A stretch of DNA of 64,000 bases from an uncultured Acidimicrobiales bacterium (GTDB lineage Bacteria > Actinomycetota > Acidimicrobiia > Acidimicrobiales > UBA10347). Location: positions 124,001 through 188,000 of the forward strand of contig CALSSD010000008.1 in assembly GCA_943788915.1 (NCBI GenBank). The letters run 5' to 3'. The first letter of the stretch is position 1. Every line of letters starts with the position of its first letter. Positions 19,446 through 30,722 of this stretch are shown here, piece after piece. A program made the position numbers and the translations under genes. The notes beneath the pieces were generated by a model. It was not told the DNA's origin. It saw only the letters and a program-made list of their open reading frames with translations, and made no database searches.

Positions 19446-20732
19446 ATGGCCCATGACCCTGCCGTCGCGAACAACGACACCACCGGCGCCGGGTGGAACT
19501 GGGCACGGACGCACCGGTTCACCGCAAGCCGGCTAGAGCGCCCCACATCGATCGAACAACTCCAACGGGCGATAGAGGCAGCAGTAGCGGGTGAAAAAAC
19601 CATTCGTTGTGTCGGCTCGCGGCACTCGTTTACCGATATTGCTGATGCGGCAGTGCTCCTGGATCTATTCCACATGCCCGAACGTTTCGAAGTTGCTGCA
19701 GATCAGGCCTCGGTGACGGTGAACGGCAGCATGATCTATTCGCGACTCGCCGAGTTATTGGCACCCACCGGTCGGGCAGTCGCCAACCTGGCGTCGCTCC
19801 CCCACATCTCGATCGCCGGTGCAACAGCCACCGGCACCCATGGATCGGGTGACGGCAACGGCAATGTGGCCACGTCGGTCATTGCGGTCCAGGTCGCTGG
19901 CCCGAACGGCGAGCTTCGTCGCATCGGGCGAGGCGACGAAGACTTTGCGGCCGCGCCGATTTCTCTTGGAGCGCTGGGTGTCATCGTTGCGGTCGAACTA
20001 GACCTCGTACCGAGTTTCCTAGTGCGCCAATTGGTGCACAACTTTCTGAGCTGGGAAGTTCTGCAGAAGCAGTTCGACGAACTGTTCGCTTCGGCCTACA
20101 GCGTGAGCGTGTTCACCGACTGGATCGACCACATCCAGCTCTGGACCAAGGAACGAACCGATGAGGATCCCGTCGACCATGCCGCGTTGCATGACGGCGT
20201 GGCAGCGATTGAGCAGCTTCATCCGATCCCGGGAGTGTCAGCCGAGGCGTGCACCGATCAGGGAGAAAAACCCGGCCGATGGGACGAACGACTCCCCCAT
20301 TTCCGGGCAGGCGCGGTTCCCAGCGCTGGAGCCGAGGTCCAGAGCGAGTTCTTCGTCGCACGCAGCCATGCCGTCGATGCAATGGCTGCGCTACGAACCA
20401 TTGGTGAGCAACTCGCGCCCCATCTGATGATCAGCGAAATTCGCACGGTCCGGTCAGACGGCTTGTGGCTCAGCCCGCAGTACGAGCGCGATTGTGTGGG
20501 GTTTCACTTCACCTGGCATCACGACATGGATGCGGCCCTCCACGCTGGTCGACTGGTTGCAGACACCTTGACGCCATTCAGCCCGCTGCCTCATTGGGGA
20601 AAGGTCTTTGATCCATCACAGTTCACTTTCCCCGCGCTGTACCCCAAGCTCACCGAGGCCCATCGGGTGTTCACCGCAGCAGACCCGAGCGGCACATTCC
20701 GCAATCGCTGGATGGACGCGACCTTCGGCTAG
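19446..20732 (+). CDS. FAD-linked alditol/xylitol oxidase (ALO family)
   Basis: WNWA, GSRHSF, NLASLPHISIAG, TGTHGSG, PHWGK. Confidence 0.9.
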   Translation: MAHDPAVANNDTTGAGWNWARTHRFTASRLERPTSIEQLQRAIEAAVAGEKTIRCVGSRHSFTDIADAAVLLDLFHMPERFEVAADQASVTVNGSMIYSRLAELLAPTGRAVANLASLPHISIAGATATGTHGSGDGNGNVATSVIAVQVAGPNGELRRIGRGDEDFAAAPISLGALGVIVAVELDLVPSFLVRQLVHNFLSWEVLQKQFDELFASAYSVSVFTDWIDHIQLWTKERTDEDPVDHAALHDGVAAIEQLHPIPGVSAEACTDQGEKPGRWDERLPHFRAGAVPSAGAEVQSEFFVARSHAVDAMAALRTIGEQLAPHLMISEIRTVRSDGLWLSPQYERDCVGFHFTWHHDMDAALHAGRLVADTLTPFSPLPHWGKVFDPSQFTFPALYPKLTEAHRVFTAADPSGTFRNRWMDATFG

Positions 20733-20826
20733 CCACGGGGGAATCACTCGCGGCGAGTGGGAAACAAGTCAGAAACAACCCGATAGTCGCTGTCCGGTTC
20801 ACTCCGTCTTGTGCTCAACTACCACG

Positions 20827-22383
20827 GTGCGTCGAACTCTCGTCCTGTGTCTTGCAACCCTCAGCCTTCTCGTCGCAGCTTGTGGAGGCTCAAGCGACAA
20901 TGCCAACGCTGTTGTCGAAGCCGACGCTGAATCTGCGACAGCACCGTCCGCTGACCCTGCACTTGACGATGCCCCTGCAACCGACGACCCTGCAACCGAC
21001 GACCCTGCAACCGGTACCTCCACCACGGTTCCGACTCCCGGGCCCACACCTACACCTTCGGGCCCTCGGGTCGCAGCGGACATCGACCCGGCGTCGGTGC
21101 CGACTGGCCAAGCTCGCGACTTCGGGCCAGCTCCCGAAGTGTCTACCGGCGACCTTGCGCCCAACGTTGCCGAGGCGATCGACACGCTCATGGGCGAGCG
21201 GTTGAGTCGTCGAGTGATCGATCAGCTGTCGTTCGATGCCATCACGACACTTGGACAGTCGGGTGACGTTCGTGTCAGCTGGTGGCTCGCCGACCTGATG
21301 CGAATCGTCCCTGACCCTGACCTGTCAGCCAGGCTGGTCACGGCTCAGCAGGAACTGCTGGGCATCGAGATCGACCCGTTTCGCCCGTGGGGATTCACCT
21401 CGGACCTGCTCCTCGGTTGGGACATTCCCGCACCCCCTGACTACCTCACGTACAAACGCATCGCCTACCTGGCGCTCGAGCCCAGGTGGGAGCCCCTCTT
21501 CGAAGACGGCACCGATATCGATTGGCGATTGATTCAATGGGGCGGGGTGTTGATCGATGACCGCCCATTCGGCCGGACCGACGACCGCTGCAACTGCATC
21601 CCGGCCGCAGACAACCCGGTCACCACCGATGTCGCGGGTGGCGACGAATGGCTCGACGACGACACCATCGTGTTTGGTGTTTCGATCAACGGCGAACATC
21701 GCGCCTACCCGCGGTCGATTATGGAAGTCCGGGAGATGGTGAACGACACGCTCGGTGGCCGCGACTTCGCCATGCCCTATTGCACGTTGTGTGGTTCGGC
21801 GCAGGTGTTCTTCACCGACGAAGGACCCGCGGGGTTCGCACGTCCGGTGCTGCGCACCTCGGGGTTACTCAACCGGTCGAACAAGGTGATGTACGACGTC
21901 AACACCTTCTCAATCTTCGACACGTTTCTGGGTGCAGCCGTGAGTGGTCCGCTCGGTGAAGCCGGGGTCACGTTCAAGCAGAACAGCGTGATCACCACCA
22001 CGTGGGGACGATGGAAAGCCGACCATCCCGACACCACGGTGCTCGATATTTCGTTGGCGCTCGGACGTGAGGACTCTGATCTACGCAACACCCGCGACGC
22101 CGACGGTCCCGTCTTCCCTATCGGCGAGGTCGATCCCCGGCTTCCGGTGCAGGAAGACGTGCTCGGCCTGGTGAAGGCCGACGGCACGGCGATTGCGTTT
22201 CACGTTGACAGCGCAATCGATGCTCTGGAGCGAGGCGAATTCATCGAAGTCGACGGCATCAACGTGATCCTGGCTAGTGGTGGTGTGCGAGCCGTCGATG
22301 CAGAGGGCAACGACCTCGGCGGCCATCAAGCATTTTGGTTCGCGTGGTCACAATTCCATCCCGACACCGAACTCTGGCCGTAG
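20827..22383 (+). CDS. DUF3179-family lipoprotein
   Basis: Lipobox LLVAAC, Pro/Thr linker, WGGV, EMVNDTLGG, YCTLCGS, FWFAWSQFHPDT. Confidence 0.8.
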   Translation: MRRTLVLCLATLSLLVAACGGSSDNANAVVEADAESATAPSADPALDDAPATDDPATDDPATGTSTTVPTPGPTPTPSGPRVAADIDPASVPTGQARDFGPAPEVSTGDLAPNVAEAIDTLMGERLSRRVIDQLSFDAITTLGQSGDVRVSWWLADLMRIVPDPDLSARLVTAQQELLGIEIDPFRPWGFTSDLLLGWDIPAPPDYLTYKRIAYLALEPRWEPLFEDGTDIDWRLIQWGGVLIDDRPFGRTDDRCNCIPAADNPVTTDVAGGDEWLDDDTIVFGVSINGEHRAYPRSIMEVREMVNDTLGGRDFAMPYCTLCGSAQVFFTDEGPAGFARPVLRTSGLLNRSNKVMYDVNTFSIFDTFLGAAVSGPLGEAGVTFKQNSVITTTWGRWKADHPDTTVLDISLALGREDSDLRNTRDADGPVFPIGEVDPRLPVQEDVLGLVKADGTAIAFHVDSAIDALERGEFIEVDGINVILASGGVRAVDAEGNDLGGHQAFWFAWSQFHPDTELWP

Positions 22384-22571
22384 TGCACCGCTCCGCTCGG
22401 GCCGACGTTCGTCGGACACTTACCGGGACCGCAGACACGTGTATCTTCGACAGCCGCAGCGAAGCAAGGCGTACTACCCCGCCTCCTCCGTCGACTCCGC
22501 TCGGTATCCCCGACGTTTCTGCACCGTTTGGACGACTATTTCGCTCAAACGGTTCAGAAACGTGATGGGGA

Positions 22572-24042
22572 TCAGGTGAAGTTGGGTGGGACCTGGTAGC
22601 CGCCTAGTAGTCGTTCGAGATGGCGGGCGAAGGTGAGTGTTGTGCGATCGCCGAGGTGTGGGCCGACCACCTGAATGCCGACGGGAACACCACGGGGGGT
22701 GATGCCGACTGGCACCACGGTGGACGGTAGGCCGACGTACCCAAACTGCGAGGTCCACATGATCAACTCGGTATAGGGCCGCTCGACGCCATCGACCATG
22801 AGCGTGCGGTCATACAGCGTGCCCTCCTGGGTGTGCGGAAAGGCGCCAACATGGGCGACCGGGGCCAGCAGCACGTCGAAGTCACGGAAGAAGTTCGTCC
22901 ACTTGTGGCGGTTCAGCTCGCGCTGTTCGGTGAGCAGCAACCAGTCTCGATGGAACATGGCGGTGGCGCTGGCACGCATCTGTTCGGTGGCCGAGTGCGA
23001 CCCCGGATCACGAACGATCTGTTGCATACGTTCGAAGATCTCGCCACCCCGGGCCGGAGACGTTGCGGCAGAGATCAGCGGCAGGCCGACGTCGCGGACA
23101 TCGTCGAACGCAAGGTCATGTGGCCATGCCGCTCGGTCGACGGCAATGCCGCTGTTCGTCAAGGCGTTCGCTGCGATCTCCAGGGCTTCGGCGACCTCGG
23201 CGCTCACCGGCACTGACGGATCGTCGAGATGGGCGGCAACTCGGAAATCAGCCGGGTCATCGTGACGCGAACCAGGCAGGGTCAGTTGCCAACCCGCTGC
23301 GAGATCATCGCGAGGGCCAGCAATCACGTCGAGCAGGAGTTCGCAGTCATCGACCGACCGTGCGATCGGACCAAGCACGTTCACATCTGGTTCGCCGGTT
23401 TGATAGGTGGTGTGGCTGATGTAGCCGAGCTGGGGAACGACCCCGAAGCTCGGCTTGTGTCCGCACACCCCTGAGAAGTGAGCCGGTAACCGAATCGACC
23501 CGCCGATGTCCGTGCCGATCTCCGCGCCTGTCAGACCCGCGGCAGACCGCGGCAGCGGCACCGCCGCTCGATCCGCCGGGGCCACAGGTCAGATCCCACG
23601 GATTGTTCGTGGTGCCGAACACCTCGTTGTAGGCCTGGACATCGGCAGACCATCGAGGCAGGTTTGTCTTGCCGAAGATGACTCCGCCAGCCTGACGGAT
23701 CCGCGATACGACCTGGGCATCAGCGTCGGGGACATGGTCGGCAAGCTCGACGGCGCCGCCGGTGGAGCGCATGCCTTTCGTCGCGATCGCATCCTTGATC
23801 GTCATCGGCAGCCCAAGCAGCGGCGGGAGGTCGTCGTCGCCCCCGGCGAGCTGTTCGTCGGCTGCGGCTGCAACCGTCTGTGCTGCTTCATCGTCGACGG
23901 TGACGATCGCGTTGAGCGCATCGTTGTACGCCGCCCGCCGCTCACCGAAATGACTCAACAACTCGCGGCTGCTGATCTCGCGATCGCGCAGCTTGCGCAC
24001 CAACTCCGACGCCGACAACAGGCCTACTGCTTGTTCACCCAT
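22572..24042 (-). CDS. Amidase-signature enzyme split by a frameshift near 23545
   Basis: N-terminal half has TIKD, GKTN, PGGSSGG; C-terminal half in another frame has GTDIGGSIRLPA. Confidence 0.88.
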
Positions 24043-24166
24043 AGTGCGACGCTACGTCATGACCGTCCCCATCTTCTCAATCCTGCCCGCGCAACGTTCG
24101 CCGCCAACCGACGCCGTCCCACACACACTCCTGCGGCCCGAGGCTGCGGGCGGGTAAGTTCACGGC

Positions 24167-25066
24167 ATGGCTCCTTCCGCGTTTTCTCTTCCGACTGCAC
24201 ATTTCGGCTCGACCGGGCATGTGAGCAGTCGGGTGATCTTCGGTGCAGCAGCGCTTGGCGCAATGAGTCAAGAACGTGCCGATGCCACGATCGAGCAGGT
24301 GGTCGCCGCGGGTGTGAATCATTTTGATACCGCTGCGAGTTACGGCGAATCGGAGCTGCGGCTCGCTCCGTGGTTGGCATCACATCGCAGCGAGATCTTT
24401 CTTGCAACCAAGACCGGCGATCGGTCCGGCAGTGGTGCTCGAGCCGAACTGGAGCTGTCGCTCGAACGACTCGGCGTCGACCATGTCGATCTCATCCAGC
24501 TCCACAACCTGGTCGAACAAGACGACTGGGAGCAGGCCCACGGTCCCGACGGTGCCGTGCAAGCTCTGGCCAAGGCCCGCGACGAAGGACTGGTCCGGTT
24601 CATTGGTGTGACCGGCCACGGCACACGCATCGCTGGTATGCACCTGAAGAGCCTGGCCGAGTTCGACTACGCCTCGGTGCTCTTCCCTCACAACACGACC
24701 ATGCTTACAAACGAGGCGTACCGGGCCGACGTCGAAGAGCTGCTCGCTGTCTGCGCCGACAAACAGGTCGCCGCCCAGACGATCAAGGCCATCGCACGAG
24801 GTCGGTGGCCCGAGGGCCACGACGGCAAACGCTTCAGCTGGTACGAACCGCTCGAGGATCCCGATGCAATCGGGCGTGCCGTTCGTGCTGTTCTTGGCGA
24901 TCCACAACTCTTTCTGAACACCACAAGTGACGCCAGAAAACTGGGCGTCGTCTTCGACGCGGCCACCTCGGGCTTACCCGCCCCGACCGACCAGGAGCTT
25001 CAAGAAGACATCGCTGCCTTCGGCATCGCGCCACTCTTCGATGGGCGTGAGCTCGAACGTATCTGA
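24167..25066 (+). CDS. Aldo/keto reductase
   Basis: GVNHFDTAASYG, ATKT, SLERLGVDHVDLIQLH. Confidence 0.92.
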   Translation: MAPSAFSLPTAHFGSTGHVSSRVIFGAAALGAMSQERADATIEQVVAAGVNHFDTAASYGESELRLAPWLASHRSEIFLATKTGDRSGSGARAELELSLERLGVDHVDLIQLHNLVEQDDWEQAHGPDGAVQALAKARDEGLVRFIGVTGHGTRIAGMHLKSLAEFDYASVLFPHNTTMLTNEAYRADVEELLAVCADKQVAAQTIKAIARGRWPEGHDGKRFSWYEPLEDPDAIGRAVRAVLGDPQLFLNTTSDARKLGVVFDAATSGLPAPTDQELQEDIAAFGIAPLFDGRELERI

Positions 25067-25140
25067 GTTGCCAGGAAGAGTTTCGCCAGGTGGCACCGCA
25101 TTGACCCGCTCGGCTGCGATGATGATGCGCCCGAAAGTTG

Positions 25141-26925
25141 ATGGATGAGGACAGCGTGGACGTAGTCGAGGCAATCGATGCGTGGATCGACGAAGAGATT
25201 GATGATCTGACCGACGATGAACTCGAGTCAATTCTCGAGATTCTCGACGTCCTTTCTACCTCAGACCTCGGCAGCCTCGACGCCGATGACATCTACGACG
25301 ACGACATCCACGAGATGGTGGATCATGTAGGTGGATCTGCAGCTGACCGAGCCTTTACCATTGCAGTGCTTCGAGCTGCCCTCTTTGACGAATCGTTTGA
25401 TGGGTATCTCGATGCCGCCGACGAAGACTCCAAGAGCAGTAACGAAGACCCAGACGATGACCGAGGGGCAGACAGCAGCTTCCTCGACGATCTCGAGAAC
25501 GCACATCTCCTCGACACAGAACCCGGAGACACAGAACCTAGAGATACAGAACTCGGCGAGACAGATGATGCTGGCCACAACAACTTTCTGGCTGACCTGG
25601 CTAACACTGTGTCCACCACCACGTCAGAACTCGTAGCCGCCGCACCCCCCACGGTCGTTCTCCAACCTTTCGATTCACTCGGGCCGAGTTTCCTGCCCGA
25701 ACCCGTCGAGCCACTCAGTCCTCGGCGCCACCGGCGCAGCTTGGGCCGGTTCCTACTCCCCACCTTCATGATTTGTGGGTTGGCTCTCTTTGCGTTGGGC
25801 ATGATGCAGCTCATCAACTCACTCGAAGAGGACGACACCGAACCTGCCGACGTAACAACAGTGATTGGTCAGACGTTGACCGCAGCACCCGAAGCCACCG
25901 TGGCGCCTACAGCGATGCCACCGGCCGCAGCGCCAGTTGATCCGTCCGCACCTGCGCCAACCGCCACCCCTGAGCCTCAGCCACCATCACGAATCGGCAT
26001 TCGGCTGGTGACGGGCAACATCATGGTCGCAACCTACCCACAGGCCGGAATGCTCCCCGAGATATCGCTGCTGTACGAGGTTTCCGACGACCTCCAGCCA
26101 GCAGTCGACCTTGCATGGCTTGCCGAAGGTATAGGCATCGTGGACACCAACGGCAATGTCTTGGTCATCGACCCCGATGCTCGGCGCCCGCAACCGACCA
26201 TGATCTACGAGGCCGGCGATGGCGTCGGTGAAGCGGTCGAAATCGCTTCGATCAGTGGTTTTGTCGCAGTCCGCACCGAAGACGGCAACATCAATCTGGC
26301 ACCAACCACTGGCCGAGCCGATCCCGATGCCATCCAGCTGATCTGGGATGCAGAAGCCGAAGGTGCCGCCGCTACTGACCTCTCAGCAGTCGGTGACCTG
26401 GTGTCGTTCGTGCTCGACGACGGCAACGCTCTGATAGCCGTCACCAGCGATGACAACGCAGTGATCCCGCTGTGGACAGCCGATGAACAACCACCAGCAA
26501 TCAATGTCGCAGCTTCACCTGCAGGAATCTTGCTCGGAGTCGGCGAAGGCGCTGTCGCCCGATATCGCCTGGGCGACGTCGACGGCAATCGCCTCGAATC
26601 GGTGTGGGATCCGTTCTCGGGCGACGAGCAGCCGGCGATTGGGTATAGCCCAGCCGGCGACAGCACAGCCGTCATCCTTGGTGAAGGCGCCATCGTGCTC
26701 ACCGAATCCGATAACAGCGGAAGAACCCTCTGGGATCCTGCAGAGACCGAGGTTCGCGCATTCGTTGCCTTCGGCGACAACGATCACGTCGTGGTGTTGC
26801 TCGAAACCGGCTCGGTCGTGCGCATCCCGCTGAACAGCGACGAGCTGATCGAATCGATCTGGGACATTACCGACGAGACATTGAGCGCCGCGAACCAACT
26901 GGTTGTCGAACCGGCCGACCGGTAG
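25141..26925 (+). CDS. Hypothetical single-pass membrane protein with acidic N-terminus and probable 7-blade beta-propeller
   Basis: Asp/Glu-rich N-terminus, one TM helix, Pro/Ala linker, about seven repeats of roughly 43 aa. Confidence 0.75.
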   Translation: MDEDSVDVVEAIDAWIDEEIDDLTDDELESILEILDVLSTSDLGSLDADDIYDDDIHEMVDHVGGSAADRAFTIAVLRAALFDESFDGYLDAADEDSKSSNEDPDDDRGADSSFLDDLENAHLLDTEPGDTEPRDTELGETDDAGHNNFLADLANTVSTTTSELVAAAPPTVVLQPFDSLGPSFLPEPVEPLSPRRHRRSLGRFLLPTFMICGLALFALGMMQLINSLEEDDTEPADVTTVIGQTLTAAPEATVAPTAMPPAAAPVDPSAPAPTATPEPQPPSRIGIRLVTGNIMVATYPQAGMLPEISLLYEVSDDLQPAVDLAWLAEGIGIVDTNGNVLVIDPDARRPQPTMIYEAGDGVGEAVEIASISGFVAVRTEDGNINLAPTTGRADPDAIQLIWDAEAEGAAATDLSAVGDLVSFVLDDGNALIAVTSDDNAVIPLWTADEQPPAINVAASPAGILLGVGEGAVARYRLGDVDGNRLESVWDPFSGDEQPAIGYSPAGDSTAVILGEGAIVLTESDNSGRTLWDPAETEVRAFVAFGDNDHVVVLLETGSVVRIPLNSDELIESIWDITDETLSAANQLVVEPADR

Positions 26926-26927
26926 CC

Positions 26928-27231
26928 GGCGTTCCCGACTGCTGGTCCTTCTTGAGACCGGTCCTTCTTTAAACCGGTCCGGGCACAGTCCGGCACACGG
27001 CCGTTCCGGCTGCCTTCACTTCGGCGCTGAGGTGCCTCGCTCCAGGATGCCGAACCGGCCGGCACCTACCTGCGCCCTCCCCTACCTCTACCCACACGAG
27101 ATGAGTGGTGGGAGATGGGGCGCTCGCAGGACTCGCTTGACTGCCTGTCGCCCCACGGCGAGAGCCGGAATGCTGTGCCACACGATGGCGGCACCTGCCT
27201 GCAAGTCCCCAGATGAGATCAGCGGAACGCC
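26928..27231. ncRNA. Candidate structured RNA or MITE-like element, family unidentified
   Basis: Nested complementary segments fill the gap between two convergent genes. Confidence 0.4.
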
Positions 27232-27256
27232 TCGGGTGGAGCGTGCGGAGCCTGGG

Positions 27257-27787
27257 TTACAGCTCTAGGCCTGCGATTAGGCGGTGGTCGTCGACGTGGG
27301 TGGTGTTTGATGCGGTGCTTGCGGTCAGGAGCGCTGCGGCTTGGCCGTCGTCGTGGTGGTCGATGGTTACGAAACGCAGCCATCGCATCATGGCGGCGTC
27401 ACTGATGGGGCGGGCCAAGTCGACGAGGGCGCCGATTTCGCGGTCGAGCCATGGGTCGATGACCTTGACCAGCGCCTTGAGACGAGGCAGCGTCGCGCCG
27501 GCGTCGGTCAGAGTCCCGAGCGTGGTGATCGTGCGGGTCCAGCCGATGGCCGGCGCTACGACGACGTCGTGCTCGGTGAGGCGGGGTGATGTTGGGAGGC
27601 AACCACGGACAACCTGGGCGTGCCATGCATGGTGGCCGCCTGCGGTAGCGAAGAAAATGGCTGCTGGTGCTGACGCCTCGTTTGCGGCCCATCCCGTGAG
27701 GAGCTGCGAGAGCTGCTCTTCGACCCAGACCAGACCACCGAGTCGTTCCGTGAGTTCGGCGAGTGTGAACCAGTCATCGCCGTGCAT
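27257..27787 (-). CDS. Hypothetical helical protein, possibly ferritin-like
   Basis: 3 nt downstream of nadE; His/Glu motifs HHAWHA and DHHDDG. Confidence 0.7.
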   Translation of the reverse strand: MHGDDWFTLAELTERLGGLVWVEEQLSQLLTGWAANEASAPAAIFFATAGGHHAWHAQVVRGCLPTSPRLTEHDVVVAPAIGWTRTITTLGTLTDAGATLPRLKALVKVIDPWLDREIGALVDLARPISDAAMMRWLRFVTIDHHDDGQAAALLTASTASNTTHVDDHRLIAGLEL

Positions 27788-27790
27788 GGG

Positions 27791-29506
27791 TCAGGCCCCG
27801 CCGCGATAACGATTCGTGATGGGCATGCGCCGATCTCGACCGAACGCCTTGTGGGTGACACGAGGTCCTGGCGGCGACTGACGACGCTTGAACTCTGCGA
27901 TATCGACCAGCCTGGCAATACGTTTCACGATCGCTTCGTCGCCGCCAGCCTCGATCAAGTCGGAAGCTGTCTTGTCGTTCTCGATGAGATCCCTGAGCAT
28001 GGGATCGAGCACCTCGTATGGCGGAAGGCTTTGGTCATCGCGCTGGTCTGGCCGCAGTTCCGCCGACGGCGCCTTGGTCAAGATATGGGTAGGGATGATC
28101 TCGCGGCCAGCCCGTTCGTTGTACCAGTGACAGAGTTCGTAGACCTGGAGTTTCCACACATCCTTGATGGGTGCATAGGCCCCGGCGGTGTCGCCGTACA
28201 GGGTTGCGTACCCCACCGCCATCTCGCTCTTGTTGCCACCGACCAGCACGAGCCATCCGAACTTGTTCGAGATCGCCATCCAGGTCACACCCCGAAGTCG
28301 GCTCTGCACGTTCTCTTCGGTCACGTTGGGTTCCAGGTCACCAAACGATGGTGCAAGCATGTCGAGCATTGCCGAGTGGGCTGGTTCGATAGCGATCGTG
28401 CGGTAGTCAATGCCCAGGTTGATCGAGAGCTGCTCAGCGTCGGTGACCGAGTGTTCCGACGAATACCGCGACGGCATGAGCAAGGCGTGGACGTGTTCGG
28501 GTCCCAGTGCCTCGGCGGCGATGGCTGCAACCAGAGTTGAGTCGACGCCGCCGGAGAGTCCAAAGCAGATGTCGGTGAAGCCGTTGTTGCGCACGTAGTC
28601 GCGTGTGCCCAGCACGAGAGCACCCCAGAGTTCGGCCATGGGATCAGGGGCCGGCTCGATCACCGGCGGCAACCCAACCATCGAGGCCGATGACCGCTCG
28701 GTCACCGTGATTGGTTCGGTCGCGCTCGGCCGTTCGTCGCCGACGGCGAAGTCAGCGATAAGAACTTTTTCGTCGAACATTGACGACTGTGCGACCACGG
28801 ATCCGTCGGCAGCGATCACCATGGAACCACCGTCGAAGATCAGCTCGTCCTGGCCGCCCACCAGGTTGACGTAGGCGATGGGCACGGTGCCCTCGGCGGC
28901 ACGGCGTCGAACCATCGCTTCTCGCACTGCCCGTTTTCCCTGGCTATACGGCGAGGCATTGATGTTGAGGATGAACTGCGCACCCGCTTCGGCGAGCTCG
29001 TCGACGGGGCCGCCCTCGATCCACAGATCCTCGCAGATCGTGACGCCGACGGTGACTCCAGCGATGTTCCATAGCGGAAGTCCGGTGCCAGGGGTGAAGT
29101 ATCGCTTCTCGTCAAACACGCCGTAGTTGGGCAGCTCATGTTTGCGATAGCTGCCAATGACCTGGCCCTTTGCGGCCACCGCAGCGGAGTTGTAGAGCGT
29201 GGGATGGCCGCTACCGACCGTTGGGCCATCACCTGGTTCGACATAACCGACAACGACTGCGGTCGTGCTGGTCTCGGCGGCGAGTCGTTCCAGGGCGACA
29301 ACATTGTCGGCCACGAACCGGGGCTTGAGCACCAGGTCTTCGGGTGGGTACCCGGTGATTGTGAGCTCAGGAAAGATCGCAACGTCGCAGCCGGCCGCTT
29401 CGGCTTCGCGCAGTGCAGCGATCGCGAGGTCGGTGTTGTGATCGAGGGCACCAACAATGGTGTCGATCTGACACAGTGCAACTCGCAGTGACGGGGCGTT
29501 ATCCAC
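27791..29506 (-). CDS. nadE: Glutamine-dependent NAD+ synthetase
   Basis: Nitrilase domain FPELTITGYPPED and ICEDLW; synthetase motifs SGGVDS, GNKSE, KAPSAEL. Confidence 0.96.
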   Translation of the reverse strand: MDNAPSLRVALCQIDTIVGALDHNTDLAIAALREAEAAGCDVAIFPELTITGYPPEDLVLKPRFVADNVVALERLAAETSTTAVVVGYVEPGDGPTVGSGHPTLYNSAAVAAKGQVIGSYRKHELPNYGVFDEKRYFTPGTGLPLWNIAGVTVGVTICEDLWIEGGPVDELAEAGAQFILNINASPYSQGKRAVREAMVRRRAAEGTVPIAYVNLVGGQDELIFDGGSMVIAADGSVVAQSSMFDEKVLIADFAVGDERPSATEPITVTERSSASMVGLPPVIEPAPDPMAELWGALVLGTRDYVRNNGFTDICFGLSGGVDSTLVAAIAAEALGPEHVHALLMPSRYSSEHSVTDAEQLSINLGIDYRTIAIEPAHSAMLDMLAPSFGDLEPNVTEENVQSRLRGVTWMAISNKFGWLVLVGGNKSEMAVGYATLYGDTAGAYAPIKDVWKLQVYELCHWYNERAGREIIPTHILTKAPSAELRPDQRDDQSLPPYEVLDPMLRDLIENDKTASDLIEAGGDEAIVKRIARLVDIAEFKRRQSPPGPRVTHKAFGRDRRMPITNRYRGGA

Positions 29507-29612
29507 GACCGCAATCGTAGAGCCCGGCGCGTCAGACGCCCGCAGCCTTAACCGCAGAAATCGATGCCTGGGCGAACTCGGGCCGACAGAGTGCTTGTTC
29601 AGATGTGCTTGT

Positions 29613-30586
29613 TCACTTCGGGCCGCGAACGAGATGAACGGCCGTTGAAGCAATCAGCGCAGTGCCCCACATGACGTGCATCGTCGCCAAAGCCGCCGCC
29701 ATCGTTGCTTTCTCGCGCAGGTTCAGAGCCTGGGGCTCCGAGGCAGCAGCGACGACCAGTGAGGCTACATACGCCGCCGGTATGACGAGGAACCACGGTT
29801 GAATCGCAAGGCCGACGACTAGCGAAGCCACGAGCGCAAGCACCGCAACCGGCACTGCTGCCTGCCGCAGCTTCATTGAGCCGGGATGGCGACGGAGCGT
29901 GATCGCACGCCACCATCCATATTGCCAATATTGGCTAGCAAGAGCCCGCACGCTAGGCCGGGGCCGGTACTCCACGACCATCCGAGGGTCAAGCCACACC
30001 GTGTGCCCTGCGTTGCGCAATCGGATATTCAACTCACTGTCCTGATTACGGATGAAGCTCTCGTCGAAACCGTCAACGTCCTCCAACGCCTTCCTTGAGA
30101 AGACGCCTAGATACGCGGTTTCGACCTCTCGAAGGTCTCCTCCGTGTCGGTACCGGGCCCCGCCTGAGCCCAGCTTGCTGTGCATGGCCGCAGCAATAGC
30201 GCGTTCGGTTGGGGTCTGCCCGGCCGCTTCTGAATCGCACCCACGTTGGCGGCACCCGTTGCGTTCATCGTTTCGAGTGCGTGTTGTATGTAGTCAGGCG
30301 GCAACTGGGAACGGGCGTCGACACGAACCACGACATCGCCGGTGGTGTTCGCTATCGCAATGTTTAAACCCGCTGGCGTCGATCCCGTGGGGTTATCGAG
30401 AACAAGGATCCCAGGGTCTGCGGCTGCCAGACGGTCGGCTTCTGCCTTGGTGTCATCTGTGCTCGGTCCAACAGCGATCGCAATCTCGGAGATGGCGACA
30501 CCTTGTTGGGCTCGGACGCTCTCAACCGCAGTGCCGAGAGCAGCGCCGTCATTGCGAGCTGGGATCACCACCGACACGGTCAACAT
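29613..30586 (-). CDS. GT2 glycosyltransferase (ExoA-like); frameshift near 30228
   Basis: VSVVIPARN and VRVDA in one frame; GFDESFIRNQDSELN and QYWQYGWWR in another. Confidence 0.85.
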
Positions 30587-30722
30587 GCGAGCAACGTTAA
30601 ACCGGCTTCCGCATAAATGCAGTCAGCTAAGGAGAAGTTCATGGCTCGCTCTGTGAAGTTCGACGACAGTGGAGTTCGCAGACAGCGACGCCAACTCGGC
30701 ACGGCGAATGCTGGGTCGCGGG

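Noticed and set aside
20827..22383. DUF3179 protein as a selenoprotein
   Set aside because: The ORF is uninterrupted and its CxxC motif uses Cys codons.
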